Assembly (NCBI GenBank): GCA_019749875.1
Contig: JAIEPK010000143.1
Span: 7,531-71,530 of the forward strand
From: Candidatus Binatia bacterium
Lineage (GTDB): Bacteria; Desulfobacterota; Binatia; UBA12015
Direction of reading: 5' to 3'
DNA length: 64,000 nucleotides
Both the position numbers and the translations under genes were made by a program. Positions within the stretch are counted from its first letter, which is position 1. Every line of letters begins with the position of its first letter. A model generated the notes under the pieces. It searched no databases, was not told the origin of the DNA, and worked only from the letters and a program-made list of their open reading frames with translations. Shown here in pieces: positions 10,466 to 20,745 of this stretch.

Positions 10466-11853
10466 GCGGCACGCCGCCGCGACGCATCCTGCTGGTCGAC
10501 GACGAGGACGCGGTGCGCTTCGGCATGCGGGAGTTCCTGCGTACCAAGGGCTATGCGGTCGACGAAGCCGACAGCTGTCGCGCGGCCGAGGAGTCTTTCC
10601 GCGGCACCGCACCCGACGCGGTCGTGCTCGATCACCACCTGCCGGACGGCACCGCGCTCGAGCTGCTGCCCCGCCTGCGCCAGATCGACGCGTCGGTTCC
10701 GGTCGCCGTGCTCACCGGCCACGGCTCCATCGATCTCGCCGTCGAGGCCGTCAAGCTCGGCGCCGAGCACTTTCTCACCAAGCCGGTCGAGCTTCCCGCC
10801 CTGCTGGTCATCCTCGAGCGCATGGTCGAGCGTCGGCGCAACGAGAACAAGCGTCTGGTCGAAGCTGCGCGCGGGAAGAGCACCGAACGGGATCCGTTCC
10901 TCGGCACGAGTGCCGCGATCCGTACGCTGGCCGACGACGCACAGCGCATCGCGGACAGCGACCGGCCGGTGCTGATCCAGGGCGAGACCGGGTCCGGCAA
11001 GGGCGTGCTCGCGCGCTGGCTCCACGAGCACGGCCCGCGCGCCGCCGAGCCCTTCGTCGACCTCAACTGCGCCGGGCTCGCGAGCGAGCTGGTCGAGAGC
11101 GAGCTCTTCGGTCACGAGCGCGGCGCATTCACGGGGGCGGTCGGCAGCAAGCCCGGCCTGCTGGAGCTGGCCCACCGCGGTACGGTCTTCCTCGACGAGA
11201 TCGGCGACCTGGGCCTGCAAGTGCAGCCGAAGCTGCTCAAGGTTCTCGAGGAGAGCCGCTTTCGCCGCGTCGGCAGCGTGCGCGATCGCCAGGTCGACAT
11301 CCGCCTGCTGAGCGCGACGCACCAGGATCTGTCGATCGCGGCGCGCGAGGGCCGCTTCCGGAGCGACCTCTTCTACCGCATCAATACCATCACCCTGTGG
11401 GTACCGGCACTCCGCGACCGACTCGAAGACCTGCCGCTTCTCGCGACGACGCTGCTCGACAGGATCGGCAGCGAGATGGGTCGCCGTGGGTACGAGCTGG
11501 AGGCCGACGCGCTGGACGCGCTCGCGCGATACCCGTGGCCGGGCAACGTTCGTGAGCTCCGCAACGTGCTCGAGCGTGCCGTGCTGCTGAGCCGGGGGAA
11601 TCGCATCGGCCGCGGCGATCTGCGCTTCGAATCGGGCGCCGCAGCGGCGCCGACGCCGGCCGCGGCGCCGCCCGCGACCGTGGGCGGCAACGATCTGCGT
11701 CTATCCCTCGAGCAGCTCGAGCGTCGGCACATCGAGGCCGTGCTGCGCGACGAGCGCGGACACGTCGCGCGCGCCGCAGTCCGCCTCGGGATCCCGCGCA
11801 GCTCGCTCTATCAGAAGATCGCCAAGCTCGGGCTGCACGTTCCGAAAGGGTGA
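10462..11853 (+). CDS. Sigma-54-dependent Fis-family response regulator (NtrC class: REC + AAA+ sigma54-interaction + HTH).
   Basis: REC (LLVDDED...D), Walker [15 protein letters not shown] motif, ESELFGHE, C-terminal Fis HTH. ATGA overlap with the upstream HK. Confidence 0.85.
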   Translation: MSGTPPRRILLVDDEDAVRFGMREFLRTKGYAVDEADSCRAAEESFRGTAPDAVVLDHHLPDGTALELLPRLRQIDASVPVAVLTGHGSIDLAVEAVKLGAEHFLTKPVELPALLVILERMVERRRNENKRLVEAARGKSTERDPFLGTSAAIRTLADDAQRIADSDRPVLIQGETGSGKGVLARWLHEHGPRAAEPFVDLNCAGLASELVESELFGHERGAFTGAVGSKPGLLELAHRGTVFLDEIGDLGLQVQPKLLKVLEESRFRRVGSVRDRQVDIRLLSATHQDLSIAAREGRFRSDLFYRINTITLWVPALRDRLEDLPLLATTLLDRIGSEMGRRGYELEADALDALARYPWPGNVRELRNVLERAVLLSRGNRIGRGDLRFESGAAAAPTPAAAPPATVGGNDLRLSLEQLERRHIEAVLRDERGHVARAAVRLGIPRSSLYQKIAKLGLHVPKG

Positions 11854-11889
11854 CGCTCGCGACGGGCGCGTCCGCCGTCTGGAATCCAG

Positions 11890-12402
11890 ATGCCGGAAGC
11901 GCGTGGCAGCGCTCCGAGACCGCAGGAAATCGACGCCGGCGGGCGCAATTTCCCGGCTGCTCGTGGCATGGAAGCTGCTGCTGACGGGCGCGTGACCAAC
12001 CGGGAGCGAGCGGTGGCAGCAGCGGACGTCGGGCGGATTCTCCTGGTCGATGACGAGGAGTCCGTCCTGTTCGCCATCACCGAATACTTGACGCTGCAGG
12101 GGCACGAGGTGCACCGCGCGTCCGACGTCCAGAGGGCCGCCGAGCTCCTTGCGGCGCAAACGTTCGGCTTCGTCGTCACCGATCTCCATCTGACCCCGGC
12201 CCGCGCCGCGGACGGGTTCGAGATCGCTCGGCTCGCGCGAGACGCCGGCGTGCGGCGGGTCGTCCTGCTGACCGCGCACGGTACGCCGGAGGTCAGGCGT
12301 CAGGCGATCGCGCTGGGCATCGACGAGGTGATCGCCAAGCCGGTCCGGCTGTCCGAGCTCGAGAGCGTCCTGCTCGACGGCTCGGCGGAGCCCGCACGGT
12401 GA
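11890..12402 (+). CDS. Single-domain response regulator (CheY-like receiver). The true start may be the internal ATG near 11965.
   Basis: ILLVDDEESV...VVTDLHL...K receiver signature. No output domain. Confidence 0.6.
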   Translation: MPEARGSAPRPQEIDAGGRNFPAARGMEAAADGRVTNRERAVAAADVGRILLVDDEESVLFAITEYLTLQGHEVHRASDVQRAAELLAAQTFGFVVTDLHLTPARAADGFEIARLARDAGVRRVVLLTAHGTPEVRRQAIALGIDEVIAKPVRLSELESVLLDGSAEPAR

Positions 12403-13690
12403 GCCTCGCGCCGTCGATGGCCCGCTCGGACGACGACACGGCGCCTTCCGACGTCCGCGCGCGCCTGGCGAGCATCGGCCAGGAGTTGACCCGCGCGCTC
12501 GGCCGGCCGACCTTTCTGGATCGCCTCTGCTCGATCAGCGTGGAGGCGCTCGACGCGCGGACGAGCTGCATCCTGCTCCGCGACGCCCGTAGCGGGCGCT
12601 TCCTGCCCGTGGCACGTCGTGGTGCGGCGCGAAGCCTCGGCCACGTTTCCGATCCGTCGCACGCCCTCGCCGATGAGATCTCGCGGCGGCTGCGGCACGA
12701 GAGCGTTTTCGAAGCGGCTGCCCGGACCGACGGCCCCGACGCCCACCGCTCGCCCGTGCGATGGCTGTGCATCGCACTGCGACGCGGAAACCGCCTCGTC
12801 GGCATGGTGCTCGCCGGCCGCCGCGCGACGCAGGCGCCGTTCTCCGGGAGCGACTGGGCGATCGCCGAGGGCATCGGCCGCCTCGCTTCGCTGTGCCTCG
12901 AGAACATCCGCCTCTCCGCGGAGCTCGCGCACGTCAAGCACATCAAGACCGACTTCGTCTCGACCATGTCGCACGAGCTGCGGACGCCGCTGAACATCAT
13001 CCTGGGCTACCTCAGCCTGCTGCTCGAGGGGGACTTCGGCGCGCTGTCCGACGAGCAGGCATCCGCTCTGAGACACGTCGATCGCAGCGCGCATACCCTC
13101 TTCGACCTGATCCAGAGCACGCTCGACCTGAGCCGGCTCGAGCGTGAGACGCTGCCCATCGCATGCGGCGAGATCGTCGTGGCCGACTTCCTCGCGTCGG
13201 TCGCGCGCGACGCCGAGGGCCTGCCGCACGACGACGCGGTCGCGATCCGTTGGCATGCCCAGGACGACGCACCCGTCGTCCGGACCGATCCGGGCAAGCT
13301 GCGCATCGTGCTGAAGAACCTCGTGTCGAACGCACTCAAGTTCACCGCGGCCGGCGCGGTCGACGTTCATGCTCGCGCATGCGGAAACGGCGTCGAGTTC
13401 TCGGTCACGGATCACGGCGTCGGCGTTCCTCGCGGCGATCTCGGACGGATCTTCGAACCATTCACCCAGCTCGGGAAAGCCTCGACCCGTACGCACGGTG
13501 GCATCGGCATGGGTCTCTACGTGGCCCGCCGCCTCACCGAGATGCTCGGCGGAACCATCGCCGTGTCCAGTCGGGTGGGCTCGGGATCGACGTTTCGGGT
13601 GTGGATTCCCGCTTCGGCCCCCACGGAGGGCGGCGATCATTCGCAGGCGCGGTCGACTGGCCGCAGCGCGAGAGACCTCGGAGAACACAG

Positions 13691-13694
<4 letters not shown>
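12399..13694 (+). CDS. GAF-domain sensor histidine kinase.
   Basis: N-terminal GAF-like region, H-box [12 protein letters not shown] boxes ([16 protein letters not shown]). GTGA overlap with the upstream gene. Confidence 0.8.
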
Positions 13695-14731
<1,037 letters not shown>

Positions 14732-14734
14732 CGG

Positions 14735-15940
14735 TCACGGGATCACGCCGCGCTCCTTGAGCGCGGCGATCTGCTCCCAGTCGCGACCGAGTTCGAGCAG
14801 GATCTCCTCGGAGTGCTGTCCGGCTTCGGGCACCTCGCGCGCGGCTTGCCAGGGTGTGCCGAGGAAGTCCACCGGCGTGGCGAGCTGCTCCGGCAGCCCG
14901 GCTGCCGCATCGAACGCGACCACGCCGCCGCCAGCGCGCACCTGCGGATCGTTCACGATGTCGTCGCAGGTCTGCACCGGCGACCACCACACCCCCTCGC
15001 GATCGAAGATCGGCGCCCACTCCGCGAGCGCCCGCTTGGCGAACTCCTCTTCCAGCAGGCGCACCACCTCGGGTCCGTGCTCGCGCCGTCTGACGATGTC
15101 GCCGGTGCGCGGGTCGGTGAGCAGATCGGGGCGACCGAGCGCGCGACACACGTCCGGCCAGTGACGATCGGCTTCGAGGCCGATCAGCCAGAACCAGCGG
15201 CCGCATCCGGCGCGATAGCTGTTCGCGATCGGGTTCGGCGACGCCCGCCGCGTACCCGGAGGCGCGACGTAGCCGAAGCGGAGGCGGGTCGCGACGTCCC
15301 AGCCCACGACGTACATGCCCGTGCGCAGCAACGACGTCACGACGTGCTGGCCCCGACCCGTTCGACCGCGCGCCACGAGGGCCGCGCAGATCGCGCTCGC
15401 CGCGGTGATGGCGGTGGTGTGATCGCCCATGCCGCCGCGCTGAACCGGCGGCTCCTGACCTTCGGGGGTGAGCATCGCCGCGACGCCACCACGCGACCAG
15501 AACGCGCCGATGTCGTACGCAGGGCGGTCCCGGTCGGGTCCGGTGACGCCGTAGCCGGTGACCGAGCAGTACACGAGCTCGGGGTGCTCGCGGGACAAGC
15601 TCTCGTAATCGAGGCCGAGCTTGTCGAGCGCCCCCGGCCGCAGGTTCGATACGAACACGTCCGCGCCGGCGATCAGCTCGCGGGCGAGCGCACGCGCCTC
15701 CTCGTGCTTCAGGTCGAGCACGATCGAGCGCTTGCCGCGATTGTCGAGCTCGAACGGCGGATTGAACGGCACGTCGATGCCCACCGCGGACAGGAAGATG
15801 CCGCGGAACGGATCGCCGCGCGGCGGCTCGATCTTGACGACGGAGGCGCCCCAGTCAGACAGGATGCCCGCGGTCGCGGGGCCCGCGACCCAGAAGCCCA
15901 GCTCCACGACCTTGGTTCCCTCGAGCGGTCCCGGCATGGG
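14735..15940 (-). CDS. CoA-transferase family III (CaiB/BaiF) protein.
   Basis: G(V)KVVELG..AGP motif near the N-terminus and family III CoA-transferase length/conservation. The start was set at the internal ATG (MPGPLEGTKVV). Confidence 0.75.
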   Translation of the reverse strand, partial: PMPGPLEGTKVVELGFWVAGPATAGILSDWGASVVKIEPPRGDPFRGIFLSAVGIDVPFNPPFELDNRGKRSIVLDLKHEEARALARELIAGADVFVSNLRPGALDKLGLDYESLSREHPELVYCSVTGYGVTGPDRDRPAYDIGAFWSRGGVAAMLTPEGQEPPVQRGGMGDHTTAITAASAICAALVARGRTGRGQHVVTSLLRTGMYVVGWDVATRLRFGYVAPPGTRRASPNPIANSYRAGCGRWFWLIGLEADRHWPDVCRALGRPDLLTDPRTGDIVRRREHGPEVVRLLEEEFAKRALAEWAPIFDREGVWWSPVQTCDDIVNDPQVRAGGGVVAFDAAAGLPEQLATPVDFLGTPWQAAREVPEAGQHSEEILLELGRDWEQIAALKERGVIP

Positions 15941-16025
15941 GCAGGCATGCCGGGACACCGCCGGACCGTCAACCGGGAGAGGACGCACCGCCCGTCCGGC
16001 GTGCCTTGCATGGCTCAGTCGCCAG

Positions 16026-17336
16026 GTGTTCACTGGCGCCGCCGTGTTCAACGAGCTGCCCGCAACGACCCCCGATCAGAGCCACAAGCGGACGTCGATC
16101 GCGACCATCGAGGAGGCGATCGCCGAGTACAAGGCGGGTCGGATGGTCATCGTCATGGACGACGAAGACCGCGAAAACGAGGGCGATCTCTGCATGGCGG
16201 CCGAGAAGGTGACGCCCGACGCCATCAACTTCATGGCGACCGAGGGGCGTGGCCTCATCTGCCTGCCGCTCACCGAGCAGAAGCTGCAGGAGCTCGGTCT
16301 GCCGATGATGGTCGCCGAGAATACGGCTCCGCTCGGCACCGCGTTCACGGTGTCGATCGATGCACGCCACGGGATCGGATCGGGGATCTCGGCGCGCGAC
16401 CGGGCGACCACGATCCAGACCGTGGTGGCGGACGGGGCCGCGCCGAGCGACATCCGAACTCCCGGCCACATCTTCCCGCTCCGGGCACGCGACGGCGGTG
16501 TGCTCGTGCGCACCGGCCAGACCGAGGCGGCCGTGGATCTCGCCCGGCTCGCGGGTCTGAAGCCGGCAGGCGTGATCTGCGAGATCATGAAGGCCGACGG
16601 GACGATGGCGCGCCTCGCGGACCTGAAACGCTTCGCCGCACGTTTCGACCTGAAACTGGTCACCATCGCCGACCTCATCCAGTACCGGCTGCAGCACGAC
16701 TCGCTGGTGCACCGGGTCGCGGAGGCGCCGATCACCAGCCGGTTCGGCGGCGAGTTCCGCGCCTGCGTGTACCGCAGCGACGTCGACGGCGGCGAGCACC
16801 TCGCCTTGGTCAAGGGTGAGATTCGCCCCGACCAGCCGACCCTGGTGCGCGCGCACGCGGAGTACCTGCCGGGCGACGTGTTCGCGTTCGTCAAGCGCAA
16901 CACGGGCGAGCTGTTGCATCGCGCGATGGAGATCATCGCGGCCGAGGGCAAGGGGGTCGTCCTCTACCTGAAGCGTGAGCAAGGCACGGAGATGTTCGAG
17001 CCGCGCGGCGACACGGGTGGAGCGGACGAGAACCCGGACGTCGCCAAGCCGAGCACGATGTCGAGCGGGCGCCTCAAGGAGTTCCGGGAATACGGCATCG
17101 GTGCGCAGATCCTACGCGACCTCGGCGTCGGCAAGATCCGTCTGATCAGCAACTACCGCCGGCGGCTCGTCAGCCTACCGGGCTTCGGCCTCGAGGTCGT
17201 GGAGACCGTCCCGCTCGACGTGACGCCGCCCGTGGACGAGCCGTCCGCCGCCCGTCCGGTCCGCGCGACCAAGCCGACCGCGCGGCGCGGCAGCGACACG
17301 ATACGCTCGAGGAAACGATCCGGCGCGCGCTCCTGA
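16026..17336 (+). CDS. ribBA: RibBA-type protein: 3,4-dihydroxy-2-butanone-4-phosphate synthase fused to a GTP-cyclohydrolase-II-like domain that appears to lack the zinc-binding cysteines.
   Basis: RibB signature MVIVMDDEDRENEGDL and C-terminal RibA-like fold. The start is uncertain (GTG 16026 or 16044). Confidence 0.75.
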   Translation: MFTGAAVFNELPATTPDQSHKRTSIATIEEAIAEYKAGRMVIVMDDEDRENEGDLCMAAEKVTPDAINFMATEGRGLICLPLTEQKLQELGLPMMVAENTAPLGTAFTVSIDARHGIGSGISARDRATTIQTVVADGAAPSDIRTPGHIFPLRARDGGVLVRTGQTEAAVDLARLAGLKPAGVICEIMKADGTMARLADLKRFAARFDLKLVTIADLIQYRLQHDSLVHRVAEAPITSRFGGEFRACVYRSDVDGGEHLALVKGEIRPDQPTLVRAHAEYLPGDVFAFVKRNTGELLHRAMEIIAAEGKGVVLYLKREQGTEMFEPRGDTGGADENPDVAKPSTMSSGRLKEFREYGIGAQILRDLGVGKIRLISNYRRRLVSLPGFGLEVVETVPLDVTPPVDEPSAARPVRATKPTARRGSDTIRSRKRSGARS

Positions 17337-17346
17337 GGGTGGTGGG

Positions 17347-17937
17347 TCAGCGCTTCGGGAACCAGTCGAAGCCCAGCATCACGAACTGCGTGTTCAAGCC
17401 CGGGTTGGGCTGCTCGATTCCCGCGTTCGAGATGTGACGGATCCGCCACGAGAAGCTCATCGCGAGCTGGTCGGTCAGGAACAGCTCGATGCCGGCGCCG
17501 CCGAACGAGGCGAATTCGAAGGGGCCGCTGAGCTGGTAGCCGCCGAGCCCGGTGTACATGACGCCGGTGCCGGCAATCAGGTACGGCACCACTTGCTGGC
17601 CGGCATCGTACTCGAGCTTCAGACCGATCGGCGTGATGCCGAACTCGATGGCATTCTGCTTGGGCGAGGTGACGCCCGCGACCCACGGCTCGAGGAACCA
17701 CTTGAGGTTCAGGTTCACGCCGTGCAACGGCTCGTCGATGACGTCCGGAAAGAGCCAGGCGAAGCGTGCATAGAGCGGGATGACCTCGATGCCGTGCTTG
17801 TCGGAGAAGCCGTACGCCGTGGTGAAGGCCAGCTCCTGCAGTCCGTTGCGGTCCTCGGCCGCGGCATTGGGTGACGGAATGGCGAGTGCCAGACCGAACG
17901 CCAGAACGAGAAGAGTCGAGCGCAACGAGCGGAGCAT
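17347..17937 (-). CDS. PagL-like lipid A 3-O-deacylase / acyloxyacyl-hydrolase-type outer-membrane beta-barrel protein.
   Basis: Signal peptide, alternating beta-strand pattern, C-terminal H..SN.G (HISNAG) His/Ser motif, terminal aromatic residue. Confidence 0.6.
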   Translation of the reverse strand: MLRSLRSTLLVLAFGLALAIPSPNAAAEDRNGLQELAFTTAYGFSDKHGIEVIPLYARFAWLFPDVIDEPLHGVNLNLKWFLEPWVAGVTSPKQNAIEFGITPIGLKLEYDAGQQVVPYLIAGTGVMYTGLGGYQLSGPFEFASFGGAGIELFLTDQLAMSFSWRIRHISNAGIEQPNPGLNTQFVMLGFDWFPKR

Positions 17938-17963
17938 GTGTGCTATCCTTTCGGGCTGATCCG

Positions 17964-19940
17964 ATGCGACGGTCGCACCTATCCCGGCCCCTTCCTCATC
18001 GCAACGACCTGCCTGCCGTTCCCGGTCCGGTCCTGTGCGCCCGACTGCTCGCAGCGGTCGCCGCTCTGCTGCTCACGGTGACGCCGGCGCACGCTGCTGC
18101 GGTTGCCGAGGTGTCCGGGCGGGTCGAGCCGGCCGCGAGCGGTGGCGTCCGAGTGGTGGCGACGGTGAAGGTCGCGAACGGCTATCACGTGAACGCGCAT
18201 CGCCCGAACGAGGAGTTCCTGATCCCGACGGCGCTCACACTCCAGTCTGCGGGCGTGACCTTCGAGGAGCCGGTGTATCCGGATCCGAAGGAGCAGAAGT
18301 TCTCTTTCGCAGGCGACAAGCCGCTGCTCGTGTACGACGGCAGCTTCGAGATCGCAGCACTCGGGCGACCGGCGCCGACCCAGGCGATCGAGCTGTCGCT
18401 GCGCTACCAGGCCTGCGACGACGAGCGTTGCCTGCCGCCGGCGACCGCGCGCGCGACGATCGAATTGACCGACCCGGCCGCAGCGGCGGATCCGAGCGGC
18501 GGCGGCGGTGCGCCGAGTCTCGAGATCGCTCGCGATCCGAACGCGTCGCTGCTGACACGCTGGCTCACCGGAGCGAGCTTGCCCGTGGCCCTGCTGGTCA
18601 CCTTGCTGCTCGGGCTGACGCTCAATCTCACGCCGTGCGTGTATCCGCTGGTCTCGGTCACGATCGGCTACTTCGGCAGCCAGACGAGCGACCGGGGGAC
18701 GAGCCCGCTGCCGCTCGCCTGCGCGTACGTGCTCGGCATCACGCTGACGTTCGCCGGGCTTGGGGTCAGCGCGGCCATGTTCGGCGGATTGTTCGGAGCG
18801 CCATTGCAGCACCCGGTGGTGCTGATCGCGCTCGCCGCGGTCATGACGGTGCTCGCCGGCGCGAGCTTCGGCTTCTACGAGATCCGCGCGCCGTCGACGC
18901 TGGTCAACCGCGTCGGTGGCGCCTCGACCGGTGCGACGGGTGCCTTCCTCATGGGCCTCACCATGGGCGTGGTCGCGGCGCCCTGCATCGGCCCCGTCAT
19001 CCTGGGCCTGCTGGTGTACGTCGGCACCCAGCGCGACGCGGTGCTCGGCTTCCTGCTGTTCTTCGCGCTCGGCCTCGGCATGGGACTGCCCTATGTTTTG
19101 CTTGCGTCCGCAGCGGGTGCGATCCGGCGGCTGCCGCGTTCCGGTGAATGGCTCGCGTGGGTGAACCGCCTGTTCGGTACGCTTCTGCTCGGCATGGCAC
19201 TGTACTTCCTGTCCCCTCTGCTCGACGACGGGGTCCTGCGCGTCGCGATTCCCCTCTATCTGGCCGCGGCAGGCCTCTACTTGGGCTTTCTCGAGCGTTC
19301 CGCGCGCAGCCTGCGCTGGTTCGCGCTCGGACGGCGGGCGTTCGGTGCCCTCACGTTGGTCTTCGCGATCTGGGTGGCGCTGCCGAGCGCGCAGGCGCGC
19401 GACGGCATCCGCTGGCAAGCGCTGTCCCCCGACGCACTCGCGCGTGCGCGACAAGCGGGCCGACCGTCGATCGTCGAGTTCGGAGCGGACTGGTGTCTGC
19501 CGTGCGTCGAGATGAAACGCACGACGTTCGTCGACCCGGAAGTCACCCGCGAGGCCGACCGCTTCGCGACGTTCATGGCCGACGTCACCGAGTCGAGCCC
19601 GCAGAACGATGCGCTGCTCGCGAAGTTCGCCGTGGTCGGTGTGCCGACGATCATCTTCTACGGCCCGAATGGTGCCGAGGTCGACCGGCTCGTGGGATAC
19701 GTCGAACCGGAGCGGTTCCTCCGCGCCATGCGTCGCGTCCGCGGGCCGAGTGAAGGCCCGACCCGTCCGGACGCCGCAGCGCCGAGCCTAACCCGACTCC
19801 GGGAACAGGGTCGGGACATAGTAGCCACGCACGCCGTTCCAGCTGCCACGGACCATGTAGGTGCACAGCGAATGAATCTCGAGTCCGTAGTCGACGAGCA
19901 GGGCGCGCAACAGATCGTCGCAGCGCGCGGGCACGAGTAG
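17964..19940 (+). CDS. dsbD: Thiol:disulfide interchange protein DsbD (N-terminal periplasmic domain, CcdA-like TM core, C-terminal thioredoxin domain).
   Basis: TM core with paired Cys (NLTPCVYP, AAPCIGP) and C-terminal WCLPC thioredoxin motif. Confidence 0.8.
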   Translation: MRRSHLSRPLPHRNDLPAVPGPVLCARLLAAVAALLLTVTPAHAAAVAEVSGRVEPAASGGVRVVATVKVANGYHVNAHRPNEEFLIPTALTLQSAGVTFEEPVYPDPKEQKFSFAGDKPLLVYDGSFEIAALGRPAPTQAIELSLRYQACDDERCLPPATARATIELTDPAAAADPSGGGGAPSLEIARDPNASLLTRWLTGASLPVALLVTLLLGLTLNLTPCVYPLVSVTIGYFGSQTSDRGTSPLPLACAYVLGITLTFAGLGVSAAMFGGLFGAPLQHPVVLIALAAVMTVLAGASFGFYEIRAPSTLVNRVGGASTGATGAFLMGLTMGVVAAPCIGPVILGLLVYVGTQRDAVLGFLLFFALGLGMGLPYVLLASAAGAIRRLPRSGEWLAWVNRLFGTLLLGMALYFLSPLLDDGVLRVAIPLYLAAAGLYLGFLERSARSLRWFALGRRAFGALTLVFAIWVALPSAQARDGIRWQALSPDALARARQAGRPSIVEFGADWCLPCVEMKRTTFVDPEVTREADRFATFMADVTESSPQNDALLAKFAVVGVPTIIFYGPNGAEVDRLVGYVEPERFLRAMRRVRGPSEGPTRPDAAAPSLTRLREQGRDIVATHAVPAATDHVGAQRMNLESVVDEQGAQQIVAARGHE

Positions 19941-20648
19941 GCGAACGTCGCTGTGCGGTGGCAGGTCCGTCGTCCCCGCAGCGACCAGCTCGAGGGCACC
20001 GTCGAGCGATGTCGCCACCAGCGGCCCCAGCACGGTGACGTTGCCGCGTACGATCCGCACCAGCATTCCGTCGGGCGCGAGGAAGATCTCCCCGAGCCGA
20101 TGGAGCAGCGCATGGTCTTGCGGCCGATCGATGCCGAGCAGGTCGTTCTCGATCGCGCGCACACGCCCCAGGTCGGCGCGATGGACCCGCCGCACGCCTG
20201 CGGGCGCGCGTGGGGCGCCCCTGCTGCGAAAGCTCGCGCGAAGCAGGATCTCCCGGCCGACGAAGCCGGTGACCGCATAGAGTGCGTAGGCCACTTCGTT
20301 GAACGAGTCCTGAATGAGGCGCAGCGAGGCGACACCCGCCTGGTCGCTGCGGCGCACGACCTCATCCATCAACGCGCGCCCCGCACCACGCCCCTGATAC
20401 GCGGGAGCGATCGTAATCGGTCCAGCGCCCCCGGTCGCGCCGCGGGGATGCAGGAAGCCACTGCCTGCGACCTCGCCATCGACGGTCACGACCACGCAGC
20501 CACCGGGATCGAGGTCGCGGTACGAATCGGCGATCACCGCACCGACGGTGTGGTCGGTGACGACCGGCCCGAAGCCGCGCCGCTGGTAGACGTCGTTGAA
20601 GGCGTCGCGAAAGATCTCCGCGACACGTGGCACGTCCGACGCGGACAT
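19788..20648 (-). CDS. GNAT family N-acetyltransferase with a C-terminal extension (tandem GNAT-like). The track ORF extends to 20735.
   Basis: Acetyl-CoA binding motif region (Q/R-x-x-G-x-G/A: QGRGAGRALM). The 3' end overlaps the dsbD 3' end by about 150 bp (convergent). Confidence 0.6.
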   Translation of the reverse strand: MSASDVPRVAEIFRDAFNDVYQRRGFGPVVTDHTVGAVIADSYRDLDPGGCVVVTVDGEVAGSGFLHPRGATGGAGPITIAPAYQGRGAGRALMDEVVRRSDQAGVASLRLIQDSFNEVAYALYAVTGFVGREILLRASFRSRGAPRAPAGVRRVHRADLGRVRAIENDLLGIDRPQDHALLHRLGEIFLAPDGMLVRIVRGNVTVLGPLVATSLDGALELVAAGTTDLPPHSDVRLLVPARCDDLLRALLVDYGLEIHSLCTYMVRGSWNGVRGYYVPTLFPESG

Positions 20649-20745
20649 GTCGCGCACGGCGATCCGCCCGCCGCGCCTCGCTCGCCGGAGCACCACCGCT
20701 TCCTCATAGCACGACCCGAACGCGACGGGATGCACCGCGCCGGCG

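Noticed and set aside
15941-16025. Possible FMN riboswitch upstream of ribBA
   Set aside because: No RFN-element conserved motifs are recognisable. The region is short and overlaps the divergent CoA-transferase 5' end.
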